Below the pieces are notes generated by a model that was not told the origin of the DNA, ran no database searches, and worked only from the letters and a program-made list of their open reading frames with translations. From positions 448,001-512,000 of the forward strand of contig CBDASK010000003.1 of the NCBI GenBank assembly GCA_965199495.1: DNA of 64,000 bases, written 5' to 3'. Both the position numbers and the translations under genes were made by a program. Source of the DNA: Abditibacterium sp. (lineage in GTDB: Bacteria; Armatimonadota; Abditibacteriia; Abditibacteriales; Abditibacteriaceae). Every line of letters starts with the position of its first letter. Positions within the stretch are counted from its first letter, which is position 1. Positions 1 through 9,699 of this stretch are shown piece after piece.

Positions 1-2
1 TA

Positions 3-689
3 ATGGCCATGCCACCCGAAGATCTAAAGAGTCTGTTATTTATGCTGACCTTCCTCTCGCCCAATGGTCACTGCACGGTGATGGTGCAGCAGTTGGCGAC
101 GGCCTTTCACCTCTCTCCGCACAAGGCGCGCGCACGCATGAACCGATTAGTTGATTTTCGCTGGTTGGAGCAGCCGATTATTCGTTACCACAAGACCGAA
201 AGCGGTGTAGAAACTTACGCGTTGATGCCAGGATTTCTACCGGTTGTGGAAGAGCGCCCTCAACCTCCCAAGACGCCGAAGCTGAAAGCGGTTCCGCGCG
301 AAGTGATTATCGAACACTCGCGCCGGAAGTATGCTCGCACACGAGCCGAAGTCGAAGCAGAAATCGCACAACTTAATAATTGGAAACCCATCGGCGATAA
401 AGCTGAAGTCAAACCCCTTGATCCACAGGTCGCCAAAGTGCGTGAGGAACTCATTAAAATCGGTCTTCTGACGCAGCAAGCGGATGATCTGCTGGATCGT
501 TACGATCTCCCGCGCATCAAGCGACAGTTAGAATGGCTCCCGCAACGAGAAGCGCGCAGTCCCGTCGGATTCCTGTTGTCGGCCATCAATAACGACTACG
601 AAGCGCCGCCTGGCTGGAAACCGGACGAACCACAAAAAGCGGTCGAACAGCCTCAAGAACTCTCCGAAGATGATGAATTCGACTGGTGA
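3..689 (+). CDS. Replication-initiator-like protein (wHTH plus C-terminal helical domain); probably 5'-truncated by the window edge
   Basis: HTH-like segment VQQLATAFHLSPHKARARMNRL. C-terminal LIKIGL...RQLEWLPQREARSPVGFLLSAINNDY resembles the tail of plasmid/phage Rep proteins. Adjacent to a phage-O-like gene. Confidence 0.45.
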   Translation: MAMPPEDLKSLLFMLTFLSPNGHCTVMVQQLATAFHLSPHKARARMNRLVDFRWLEQPIIRYHKTESGVETYALMPGFLPVVEERPQPPKTPKLKAVPREVIIEHSRRKYARTRAEVEAEIAQLNNWKPIGDKAEVKPLDPQVAKVREELIKIGLLTQQADDLLDRYDLPRIKRQLEWLPQREARSPVGFLLSAINNDYEAPPGWKPDEPQKAVEQPQELSEDDEFDW

Positions 690-699
690 GTCGTCGGGA

Positions 700-1203
700 A
701 TGCCAGCTCCTTTCACCGCCATTCCCAACGCTCTCATAGATAAAGTAATGCCCAAGCTCAAAGACACAGAGTGGCGTTTGCTGTGCGTAATCGCGCGGCA
801 AACTTTGGGTTGGGTTGAAAAAGGTGGAGGTCGCAAACAACGTGACTGGATGAGCCAAAGTCAACTCATCGCCAAAACCGGACGTAACAGCGCGGCCTTG
901 AGTGCCGCGCTCGATGTTTTGGTGCGTGAAAATCTGATCGAGTGTCAGGCTGAAAGCGGCGAATCATTAGCCACGCCAGAACAGCGTCGTAGACATCGCG
1001 GGCGCGTATATTTCAGCCTATTACCCCAGCAGATGCAATCCGCGAAAAGTGAACTTCAAAAAGCGAATAGGACAAAAGAAAGGGAAGACAAAAGAAACCT
1101 TTTATATATGGAAGAGCAAAAATCCGTTCGTCGTTATAGCGGTTGGACTCCTGCTGGAGACGTAGCAAGAAGTCGAGTTGCCAAGATCGAAACGTCTCAA
1201 TAA
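700..1203 (+). CDS. Phage replication protein O-like N-terminal domain protein
   Basis: FTAIPNALIDKVMPKLKDTEWRLLCVIARQTLGW...DWMSQSQL matches the lambda O N-terminal wHTH pattern. The ATG at 700 avoids overlap with the upstream gene. Confidence 0.65.
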   Translation: MPAPFTAIPNALIDKVMPKLKDTEWRLLCVIARQTLGWVEKGGGRKQRDWMSQSQLIAKTGRNSAALSAALDVLVRENLIECQAESGESLATPEQRRRHRGRVYFSLLPQQMQSAKSELQKANRTKEREDKRNLLYMEEQKSVRRYSGWTPAGDVARSRVAKIETSQ

Positions 1204-1217
1204 ATAGGAATTTTCGC

Positions 1218-2306
1218 CTATCCTTTAAGATCACGGAGCAGACGCTCAAATTGCTGATCGTAAGTCTTCTTTTTCCGCCATTGGTTAAAATCTGGAATAT
1301 GCAACGCTCTCACATATCTCACCCAGTCTTCGCGCCATTCTCCGCTTTCCAACTTCTGATCTGCCAGTTGAAGTATTTCTTCGCCGAGTATGAAGTCGTC
1401 TAAACGCACTGGAAACAACTTTTGTGAGCCAGTCTCTCGCCCTCGCTCAATCGCGTCGAAGATTTCCGAGACGACGTTTGGCCGAAGCAGAGATTGATTC
1501 GAACACACAAGAATCAGCTTTTTGTGCTTGCTGATTTCCGTGCTGATTTGCGCTCTCCAGGGTTTCCCGCCTTTGAGATCGTGCTTGTAATGCCAGCAGT
1601 TGATGTTGTGACTCAACAGATCTTCTCGCAGACGGTCAGCAAAGGCTCCATCCTTCTCGGCATGAGACAAAAAACAGGAATTATAAACGGCGGGGCCATG
1701 AATCCTACGAAGCTGGCGGAGTTCATCTTTTGAGTAGCCCATGCCCTCCAAAAACATATCGGGCAAACCATTTATGCTGTTGCGAAACGTAAATTGGTCT
1801 ATGGAAGATAAGCCAGGATGAAGCAGCGAATCCAAGCCGTTGGCTTTGTGCAAATCACTACAAAGTTGAAACTGAGTCGCCAGCAGACGCACGCGATCCA
1901 AGTTTGCGCCCGATAGATAAACATTAAGTAGCTTGGCATCCTCCAGGTTGGCTGCGGTTAGATTCGCATCCGTGAAATTAGCGTTATCCAAAACAGTATG
2001 CGACAGGTCTGCGCCACTCCATTGGCTTGCCTGACACTGCGCCCCCGTTAGAACTGCACCTGCGGCGCGCACATTGGTAAAATCCGCCCTCTGTAACTCT
2101 GCATTATAGAAGTCGCATCCTTCTAAATTAGCACCAGCGAAGCTGGCTTCTCGTGCATCTGCCAAGATGAATTGTGCCCGGCGCAAATCCGCGCCTTGGA
2201 AATTGGCGAATTGAAGATTCCTCCCCTCGAAGTTGGCGCCCTCCAACGAGGGCGCGTCGATTTCCATGAGCGCCTCTCCGGTGCTTCGATGACGAATAGA
2301 AATCAT
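1218..2306 (-). CDS. Pentapeptide-repeat protein with C-terminal TIR domain
   Basis: A[DN]Lxx repeats over about residues 20-145. TIR signature SCFLSHAEKDGAFADRL...LILVCSNQSLLRPNVVSEI, with the putative catalytic Glu retained. Confidence 0.85.
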   Translation of the reverse strand: MISIRHRSTGEALMEIDAPSLEGANFEGRNLQFANFQGADLRRAQFILADAREASFAGANLEGCDFYNAELQRADFTNVRAAGAVLTGAQCQASQWSGADLSHTVLDNANFTDANLTAANLEDAKLLNVYLSGANLDRVRLLATQFQLCSDLHKANGLDSLLHPGLSSIDQFTFRNSINGLPDMFLEGMGYSKDELRQLRRIHGPAVYNSCFLSHAEKDGAFADRLREDLLSHNINCWHYKHDLKGGKPWRAQISTEISKHKKLILVCSNQSLLRPNVVSEIFDAIERGRETGSQKLFPVRLDDFILGEEILQLADQKLESGEWREDWVRYVRALHIPDFNQWRKKKTYDQQFERLLRDLKG

Positions 2307-2389
2307 GAGGAATCTGAGTAGCCACTGACTGTTGACACAACTCCTTTTTTTCTGCTACGGTGCGCTTACCTTGAAGGAGGTAACGCAAC

Positions 2390-2710
2390 ATGAAAGAAAG
2401 TCTTCCAGAATACAAAGCGAATCTTCAGTCTACAGAACGTTCAGCCCATGAGCAGGAGCGTTTATCAGCCGATTGGAGCGAAAGTCAACGCAAAGCTGTT
2501 GTCATTGCGTTGGCATTACACATGAGAAAAGCCGCTGAGGGTGGCGGCGATCCTTATTACACGCTTTCCGCTTCGTCAGAAGTTATCTTACAGGTTTTGA
2601 CCGAGGACGCTGATTTCCTGCAATCGAACCGACAAGTTATTTTACAAGGACTGGACGAGTCCCAAATCCAACGATTCAGGGACGAACTCGAAGCATCGCC
2701 ATCGGATTGA
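2390..2710 (+). CDS. Hypothetical protein
   Basis: Strong SD AAGGAGGT before the ATG; followed by a terminator-like hairpin. Confidence 0.6.
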   Translation: MKESLPEYKANLQSTERSAHEQERLSADWSESQRKAVVIALALHMRKAAEGGGDPYYTLSASSEVILQVLTEDADFLQSNRQVILQGLDESQIQRFRDELEASPSD

Positions 2711-2743
2711 TTGCTCCGCCAGTAAACGCGATTGTCTGTCCTA

Positions 2744-2772
2744 AAGAGGAGTCTTTCTCCTCTTCTTTTTTC
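2744..2772 (+). terminator. Intrinsic terminator
   Basis: AAGAGGAG-tcttt-CTCCTCTT stem followed by a T run. Confidence 0.55.
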
Positions 2773-2896
2773 GTATAAATTTCGATGTTGTCTGCGCGCA
2801 ACACAACGAGATTTGAGCCTACTCATCTGTTACTTTGAGTGAGCAAAGAGAAGCCTGCACCGGCTAAATCACGCTCTTTGACAACAGGAGAAAGGA

Positions 2897-4081
2897 ATGT
2901 CTACACGAGCCGCACTCGCTCGACTCACCTGCGTCTCGCCCGTGAAATGGGCCGGACGCTACCACCATTGGGACGGCTATCCATCTGGATTAGGCGCGAC
3001 CCTGTGGGAAATGTATCACGGCCACTTCAAACACGACCTCGACCCGATGCTTAAGGTATTGCTCGATGATCATCCCGCCGGATGGTCGTCGCTCAATGCC
3101 GCCGACTTCGATCAAGAACCTGGCTTTGCCGATTCACTGGATTCGAGCAACCAATCCGCCGACCAACCGCAATGTTACTGTCACGGCGACCGCCAAGAAA
3201 CAGAATGGCTCGTCACTGATGAGAACGCTTCCGGCTCCGGTTGTGAATGGGCCTATGTCTTCACCTCGGCCAAGGCGAACGATGGCACTCAGCACAACAC
3301 CATGCTCGTGCTGTCGTCTTACTCGCCCTATGGCAAGATGATCGGAATGTTTGGCATGGGCGATGACGAAGCTATCTGGCCCGTCGTCGCTGTTGTGAAC
3401 TTGAAAGGTGAAGAGCCGAATTGGGAACAGATCGAAACGGCTACACCGCTCGATCCAATGTTCCCGCTCGATGATTACGCTCGCCGAGAATCCTCAAAAT
3501 CTCTTCATATCTGTCGAGATTGGGGACGACGTGGCATCTATCAAGTGTGCTTCAAAGGAGAAGTGTTGCACTACGTTCACGTCAGCACAGACGAGGTCGG
3601 AAATCGACAAATCTTCTGCACCTGTGCGACACCAGAAGACGCGGAGTCGCCCGACTGCGCTCACTCTCAAGCCGTTCTCGCACATTTGGAAACGCAACAC
3701 GCGAAGGCCAAGTCGCGCCAAGAGCGCGGATTGGAATATAGCGGTTCGCGTGTCCAGACAGGCGAAGAGCAGACGCAGGTCATGGCCATCGTCTGGGAAG
3801 CGGGTCAGCCACGGCTACTTGATCCCCGTCCCAGCCAACAACTGCACAACCATTCGCCTTCGGGATTTGAATGGGGTTATGACGGCAGCGGCCCAGCGCA
3901 ACTCGCGCTGGCAATGCTGCTCGACTTCTCCGGCGATGAAGAACTCGCTTTGAATAACTATCAAGCGTTTAAATCCCAGTTCATCGCGTCACTCTCGCAA
4001 GAAGATACGCAGTGGACGATCACCGGCAGCGACATCGCTGCTTTTCTGCACCAGCGTTCGATTCGGCATTCGCCCGATTGA
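2897..4081 (+). CDS. Multidomain protein: HWDGYP-motif domain, SWIM-like Zn finger and DUF6166-like domain
   Basis: YHHWDGYPSGLG; CTC-x10-CAH; NHSPSGFEWGYDGSGPAQLALAML. SD AAGGA. Confidence 0.7.
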   Translation: MSTRAALARLTCVSPVKWAGRYHHWDGYPSGLGATLWEMYHGHFKHDLDPMLKVLLDDHPAGWSSLNAADFDQEPGFADSLDSSNQSADQPQCYCHGDRQETEWLVTDENASGSGCEWAYVFTSAKANDGTQHNTMLVLSSYSPYGKMIGMFGMGDDEAIWPVVAVVNLKGEEPNWEQIETATPLDPMFPLDDYARRESSKSLHICRDWGRRGIYQVCFKGEVLHYVHVSTDEVGNRQIFCTCATPEDAESPDCAHSQAVLAHLETQHAKAKSRQERGLEYSGSRVQTGEEQTQVMAIVWEAGQPRLLDPRPSQQLHNHSPSGFEWGYDGSGPAQLALAMLLDFSGDEELALNNYQAFKSQFIASLSQEDTQWTITGSDIAAFLHQRSIRHSPD

Positions 4082-4094
4082 AACGCCTACTATC

Positions 4095-4127
4095 CAGCCC
4101 ACTCGTTATGCGAGTGGGCTGTTTTTT
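4095..4127 (+). terminator. Intrinsic terminator
   Basis: 11-bp stem CAGCCCACTCG/CGAGTGGGCTG plus T6. Confidence 0.85.
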
Positions 4128-4336
4128 GGCAGTCAATTCCACCCCAGCTTCAACTTGTTTACTTCGTGTTTATGTTCCCTTGAAAAGAAACGATTTTTCC
4201 TTACTTGGTGGGCGGATAATTTCCGAGTTACACCTTCCGCAAACGCCGATGCCCCGCCGTTGCAGTGGAGAAAGCTGCAACTACGGGGCACCGTGCGCTA
4301 AATATATTCAGCGTTTTAACGCCAAGTCTTCGGACA

Positions 4337-5011
4337 TTACTTCAGCAACAGTGGCACGTCGAGCAACGACGTGATGCGTTCGATACCGTTTGGCGCGCGC
4401 ATTATTCCAGTGCGGTCGAGCCACACGCCGCGCCATCCGACAGAGCGCGCGGCCAAGGCATCGTTTTCGATGTGATCGCCGATGTAAAGGCATTCGACCG
4501 CGCTCACGTTCGCCACCTTTTCGGCGAGGGCAAACGCCTGTGGCGACGGTTTGCGCGGGCCATTGGCGTCCAAACTCATGCGCACGGCAAAATATTCGTT
4601 CAGCCCCAAGCGTTCTAATTTGCGCTGCTGTTGATCGGCATCGCCGTTGGTCAGAACGCCCAGACGCTGACCGTGCAGCAGTTCCAACGCGGGTATAACG
4701 TCGGGAAAAAGTCGCCACTGTGCCTCGTAGAGCGGCAGATATAGCGCGAAGTATTCGTCGGCTTTGGCATCGGAGAGTTCGGGTTGCCCCAGAACTTCGC
4801 GGACGCGGCGGCGACGTTGCTCAGCGAAAGAAATCTCGCCGCGCTCGAACCGCTTCCAATGGCGTAGTGCGGCGGATTGCCAGATGCCAGGAAAATTGCT
4901 TTGATTCTGTGCCAACACGTCAGCGGCCAGAGTCACGCGCCAATCGAGCGCCGCCCGTTGCTGTGCGCCGCTATGATCGAGCAAGGTGTCGTCCAAGTCA
5001 AAGAAAATCAT
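4337..5011 (-). CDS. HAD-superfamily hydrolase (YjjG-like)
   Basis: Motifs FDLDDTL, LTNG, KP and YIGD...ND. Confidence 0.85.
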   Translation of the reverse strand: MIFFDLDDTLLDHSGAQQRAALDWRVTLAADVLAQNQSNFPGIWQSAALRHWKRFERGEISFAEQRRRRVREVLGQPELSDAKADEYFALYLPLYEAQWRLFPDVIPALELLHGQRLGVLTNGDADQQQRKLERLGLNEYFAVRMSLDANGPRKPSPQAFALAEKVANVSAVECLYIGDHIENDALAARSVGWRGVWLDRTGIMRAPNGIERITSLLDVPLLLK

Positions 5012-5058
5012 GAAAAATAGGCGGCGCCGAAATTGCTTTGGCACCGCCATTGAAGCGA

Positions 5059-5598
5059 TTAACTGAAGGTGCCGCTCGGATACAAACCTTTGATGGTGTC
5101 GAGCGTGTCGCTCAAACCGGCCTGATTATCCTGCGTCGCGCTCAGGTTATTGGAATCGCCCGCTTCGTCCAGCTTGCCCGCGAGTTGCTCGACGTTTTTG
5201 ACTTGCGTATTCAGCGTCGCCATTTTGTCAGCGGGCAAACCGCTCGACTCGGCGGGCAAAGTTTTCACGATGTCGCGCACTTTAAAAGCGGCTTCGTGAA
5301 CGGTTTTCAGGTTCTTGGAGGCGATGACTTTATCGAGGTCGGCTTTGGCCGCTTCGATTTTCGTCCAGGTCGCTTTGGCCGAGGTGAAATCGGCGTTGCT
5401 CGCCATAGCGTCCGGCGTGGCTGCATTACTCGACATTGCATCAGCGGGAGCCGCGTTAGCCATCGCGGGTGCGGCGGTGTCGGGCGCAGTCGTCGCGTCG
5501 GTCGCTTTGTTGGAGCCGCAGCCGACGAGGGCCACGCTCAGCAGAAAGGCGCTCAGGCCCAGGAGGGCGGCGCGCGGAGTGAAGATGTGGTGAATCAT
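5059..5598 (-). CDS. Lipoprotein with Ala/Met-rich linker and helical domain
   Basis: Lipobox LVGC; last gene of RND operon 1. Confidence 0.75.
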   Translation of the reverse strand: MIHHIFTPRAALLGLSAFLLSVALVGCGSNKATDATTAPDTAAPAMANAAPADAMSSNAATPDAMASNADFTSAKATWTKIEAAKADLDKVIASKNLKTVHEAAFKVRDIVKTLPAESSGLPADKMATLNTQVKNVEQLAGKLDEAGDSNNLSATQDNQAGLSDTLDTIKGLYPSGTFS

Positions 5599-5673
5599 GG
5601 TGTTAAAAGTGGGCGTTTCGAGAACGCCAAGTTAAAGGCGCGCGGAGTTTTTGCGCGCCGCGCGCGAGTTCGT

Positions 5674-8600
5674 TCAGTCGGAGTTTGGGGGCACCGTTTT
5701 GGTGGTCGGTGCTTCGGCGTGGCTGTTGATGCCGTCGCCATCGGTCGCCACTTCGTCAAGGGGCACGTGATCTATATCGTCGCTATCGCGCTTTTGCGCT
5801 TCGCTCGACTCGCCGTTTAGCGGCGCGCTGTCCAAATCCACGCCCGAAAGCAAGTCATCAAACAGATGGCGGTCGGGGTCTTCGGCGATTAAACCGCGCT
5901 CGACGGCGCGTTCATGCGCGTTGCGCTCGGCGATAATTTTGTCGCCAATCGGCTTGCCGAATCGCCAGAACAGCGCGGGCGTGACGACTTGATCCAAGAG
6001 CGTCGAAGTAATCAGGCCGCCCAAAACGACGACGGCCAAGGGCTGCAAAATCTCTTTGCCGGGCGCGCCTTTGGCCAAAGCCAACGGCACCAAAGCCAAA
6101 CCCGCCGTCAATGCCGTCATCAAGACAGGAACCAATCGTTCGAGCGAGCCGCGCACGATCATCTGTTTCGTCCAGCCCTCGCCTTCCTCGCGCATCAGAT
6201 GTTGGTAGTGCGAGATCATCATGATGCCGTTGCGACTGGTGATGCCGAACAGCGAAATGAAACCGACCAGCGAGGCGACCGACAAAACGCCGCCGGTGAG
6301 GTAAACCGCGATGATGCCGCCGATGATGGCCAAGGGAATGTTGACCATCACCTGAAGCGCCGCGCGTGGATGGCCCAGCGCCATTTGCAAGGTCAGGTAA
6401 ATCGCTACCAAAGAGAAGAGCGAGAGGAACAGAATCAGACGCGAAGCCGATTGCTGCGCCTCGAATTGGCCGCCGTATTCGACAAAGTAGCCGGGCGGCA
6501 TTTGGACGCTCGCGCCGACTTTACTTTCCACGTCCTGCACTACCGAACCCAAATCGCGGCCCGCAACGTTGGCGCTAATCACGATGCGGCGCTGCACGTT
6601 CTCGCGCATAATCGCGTTGGGGCCGAAACCTTCTTCGATGTCGGCCACGCTCGACAAGGGAATTTTGGCGCCGCCCGGAGTGTCAATAAGAACGCCTCGA
6701 ATCGCGTCCAAATTGCCCCGTGCGGCATCGTTGAAGCGCACCAGAACTTCGTAAGATCGCTGGCCTTCCAAAACGATTCCGGCGTTTTGGCCCAGCATCG
6801 CGGTTTCCAATGCTTCGCTCACTTCACCACTCTGCAAGCCGTAGCGCGCCAGAGCGTCGCGCTTCATGCGAATCTGAACCTGGGGAATCTCGACTAACTT
6901 CTCAACCTTCAAATCCACGATGCCCGGAACGCCCAACATCGCTTGCCGAATCTCTTCGGCTTTGGCGCGCAGTGTCGGCAAATCCGGCCCGAAGACTTTA
7001 ACCGCCAACTGCGAGTTGACGCCCGACAGCAAATGATCCAAACGGTGCGAAATCGGTTGGCCGATGTTGAGCGTCACGCCCGGCAAGGTGCCCAACTTCT
7101 GCCGCACATCGGCCAGAATAATTTCTTTGGGACGACCTGCTTTGAGTTCAACCTCGATCTCGCTGGAATGAACGCCCTCGGCGTGTTCGTCCAGTTCGGC
7201 GCGTCCCGTCCGGCGCCCTGTTTCGGTGACTTCGGGGATTTGCTTCAAGAGCAGTTCGGCGGCGGTGCCCAGACGATTACTCTCTTCCAGACTGGTGCCG
7301 GGTTGCGCCAACATATTGATGGTCAGCGAACCTTCGTTGAAGCCGGGCAAAAATTCCTTGCCCATGAATGGCGTCGTCGCCATCGCCACAACGAACAGTA
7401 GACCGGCGCCAATTAGAATCGGCATCGGACGGTTGAGCGTCCAGCCCAGCAAACGCGTGTCCACTTTCTTAAGCCAACGCACCAGGGCGCTGTCTTTTTC
7501 AACGTGCGTAATCGCCTTAGATTTGGGCAACAGATACGACGCTAAAACCGGCGTCACCGTGAGCGACACAAACAATGAAGCGAGGAGCGAGACGATGTAG
7601 GCGATGCCCAAGGGCGCGAAGAGTTTGCCTTCCATACCCGACAGCGCAAATAACGGGATGAAGACCAGCGCCACGATAATTGTGGCGAACACAATCGAGT
7701 TGCGAACTTCGCGGCTCGCCTCGTAGATCACTTGAAGCGGCGGACGTGGCTGCTGTTCGCGGGCGTTCTCGCGCAGACGCCGAAAGACGTTTTCCACGTC
7801 CACAATCGCGTCGTCCACCAATTCGCCAATCGCGACCGCCAAACCGCCCAGCGTCATGGTGTTGACGCCGACGCCGAACTGCTTGAACACAATCGCCGTG
7901 ACCAAAAACGAAAGCGGAATTGCAGTCAGGGTAATCGCCGTCGTGCGGAAGTTGAGCAGAAACAGGAACAAGACGATGGTGACCAGAATCGCCGCGTCGC
8001 GCAGAGCTTCCTCGACGTTGCCGACCGCCGATTCGATGAAGTTGGATTGTCGGAAAATCTGTTTGTTGATCTGCACATCGGCGGGCAAACTCTTTTGGAT
8101 GTCGTCTAAGGCCGCGTCTACTTTACCGGTCAGTTCGAGCGTGTTGGCGCCCGGCTGTTTTTCTATGTTGAGAATCACGGCGGGCGCGGCGTTGGCCGAG
8201 CCGTCGCCACGCTTGAGCTGCGCGCCCGCTACAACCTGCGCGACTTGGCCGACCGTAATCGGCACGCCCGCGTTGCTTTCGATGGCGGTATCCGCGATGT
8301 CTTGCGGCGTTTGGACGCGGCCCAAATTGCGAACCAGATACTCTTTGCCGCCCCGATCAATCCAGCCGCCAGTCGTGTTGACGTTGCTCTTTTCGACGGC
8401 GGCAGTGACTTCGTTCAAGGTCACGCCAAACTGCTTGAGCTTGGCCGGATCGATCAGAACTTGAAGCTGCTTGCGCCCGCCACCGATGTTGATGACCTGT
8501 GCCACGCCCGGCACAGAAAGCAATCGCGGACGCACCACCCAATCGGCTAAGGTTCGCAACTGAAGCGGGTCGGTCTTACCGTCTTTGGACGACATCGAGA

Positions 8601-9024
8601 TCAGCATGATGCTGCCCATGACCGACGAAATCGGCGCCAGTTGAGGAGCCACGTCGGGCGGCAACTGCTCGCGCGCCTGCGCCAGTTTCTCGTTGACGAT
8701 CTGGCGGTCGGTGTAAATATCGGTGCCCCAGGCGAAATCGACGTAAACGATGGACAAACCCGGCGCGCTCGACGAGCGCACGCGTTCGACGCCACTCGCG
8801 CCGTTCATCGAAGTTTCGATGGGCAACGTGACCAGAGTTTCGACTTCTTCGGGCGCCAGACCGTTGGCCTCGGTCATGATGGTGACGACGGGCCGATTGA
8901 GATCGGGCAGCACGTCAACTGGCAAGTTGGCTGTCACGATGCCGCCGTAGACCAGGATCATGGCGGCGAGCGCCATCACGATGGGCCGGTGCGCCAGCGA
9001 CCAAGCGATGATTTTGTTGAGCAT
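5674..9024 (-). CDS. czcA: Heavy-metal RND efflux permease (CusA/CzcA family), operon 1
   Basis: LPVDVLPD, TM4 IGELVDDAIVDVEN, ERLVPVLMT; 1116 aa. Confidence 0.92.
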   Translation of the reverse strand: MLNKIIAWSLAHRPIVMALAAMILVYGGIVTANLPVDVLPDLNRPVVTIMTEANGLAPEEVETLVTLPIETSMNGASGVERVRSSSAPGLSIVYVDFAWGTDIYTDRQIVNEKLAQAREQLPPDVAPQLAPISSVMGSIMLISMSSKDGKTDPLQLRTLADWVVRPRLLSVPGVAQVINIGGGRKQLQVLIDPAKLKQFGVTLNEVTAAVEKSNVNTTGGWIDRGGKEYLVRNLGRVQTPQDIADTAIESNAGVPITVGQVAQVVAGAQLKRGDGSANAAPAVILNIEKQPGANTLELTGKVDAALDDIQKSLPADVQINKQIFRQSNFIESAVGNVEEALRDAAILVTIVLFLFLLNFRTTAITLTAIPLSFLVTAIVFKQFGVGVNTMTLGGLAVAIGELVDDAIVDVENVFRRLRENAREQQPRPPLQVIYEASREVRNSIVFATIIVALVFIPLFALSGMEGKLFAPLGIAYIVSLLASLFVSLTVTPVLASYLLPKSKAITHVEKDSALVRWLKKVDTRLLGWTLNRPMPILIGAGLLFVVAMATTPFMGKEFLPGFNEGSLTINMLAQPGTSLEESNRLGTAAELLLKQIPEVTETGRRTGRAELDEHAEGVHSSEIEVELKAGRPKEIILADVRQKLGTLPGVTLNIGQPISHRLDHLLSGVNSQLAVKVFGPDLPTLRAKAEEIRQAMLGVPGIVDLKVEKLVEIPQVQIRMKRDALARYGLQSGEVSEALETAMLGQNAGIVLEGQRSYEVLVRFNDAARGNLDAIRGVLIDTPGGAKIPLSSVADIEEGFGPNAIMRENVQRRIVISANVAGRDLGSVVQDVESKVGASVQMPPGYFVEYGGQFEAQQSASRLILFLSLFSLVAIYLTLQMALGHPRAALQVMVNIPLAIIGGIIAVYLTGGVLSVASLVGFISLFGITSRNGIMMISHYQHLMREEGEGWTKQMIVRGSLERLVPVLMTALTAGLALVPLALAKGAPGKEILQPLAVVVLGGLITSTLLDQVVTPALFWRFGKPIGDKIIAERNAHERAVERGLIAEDPDRHLFDDLLSGVDLDSAPLNGESSEAQKRDSDDIDHVPLDEVATDGDGINSHAEAPTTKTVPPNSD

Positions 9025-9204
9025 GAAAATTCTTGGTCACCCGTAATCTTAGTGCTATGGGCAACACTCTAACCGTTAAATCTGGCTGCGCAAAAACAGG
9101 CATTCGCCCACGAAAAAGCGAATTTCGTAGCGCAGACGCAAGCCACATTCGAGATTGTTAATACCTATCCGGTCGTGAACCAATTCACGCGTTAAATGTG
9201 AACG

Positions 9205-9242
9205 CTGAATTCCGGCTCAAGGAGAGCCGGAATTCAGTTTTG
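9205..9242. terminator. Perfect 14-bp inverted repeat (terminator or mRNA-stabilising stem)
   Basis: CTGAATTCCGGCTC-aagga-GAGCCGGAATTCAG. The T5 tail lies on the + strand, antisense to the operon. Confidence 0.6.
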
Positions 9243-9249
9243 GGGCCGT

Positions 9250-9627
9250 TTACTTAGCGGTGATGGTGCCCTTGAACATCCTCATTTTACAGGCAAAGCC
9301 GATGATCTGGCCCTTTTTCGGGGTAAAGACGATCTCCTTTTTCTCGCCTTTTTTGAGGCTCACGTCCTGCTTGAGAGCTAGAATAGTGAAGCTATTGGCG
9401 CAACCTTCGCCTTTGGAAACGAAAGTCAAGCGGACTTCCTGTCCGGGCTTAACTTTGATGGCTGCCGGATGAAAGCCTTTGGCGTCAATCGAGACGGTGA
9501 CTTTCTGGTCTTTGTGGGTTTTGGTGTGGTCTTCGCCACCGTGAGCCGAGGCGATTTGCGGCGCCATCGAAGCGCCGAGTAATCCGGCGCCCAGCGCCAG
9601 TCCCGCGAGAATTTGTTTGCTGTTCAT
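9250..9627 (-). CDS. Exported cupredoxin-domain protein (CupA-like)
   Basis: Signal peptide ASA|HGGEDH; GCAN...FACKMRMFKG Cu motif; SD AAGGAG. Confidence 0.85.
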   Translation of the reverse strand: MNSKQILAGLALGAGLLGASMAPQIASAHGGEDHTKTHKDQKVTVSIDAKGFHPAAIKVKPGQEVRLTFVSKGEGCANSFTILALKQDVSLKKGEKKEIVFTPKKGQIIGFACKMRMFKGTITAK

Positions 9628-9699
9628 GTGTGTGTAACTCCTTGTGATTTTGTGTCCCGCGCCGTCGCATCGAAGTGCCTCGGCGCGGGACGGTCGGTG

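Noticed and set aside
4140..4340. att site or direct repeat at the island's left edge
   Set aside because: No convincing matching repeat found near 57.6-59.7 kb, and no tRNA or integrase is present.
9161..9177. Possible ATAC box upstream of czcA
   Set aside because: The right half-site does not match GTAT at the N9 spacing.
9025..9200. NiCo or other metal riboswitch
   Set aside because: Stems are present, but I cannot match a known consensus by eye.
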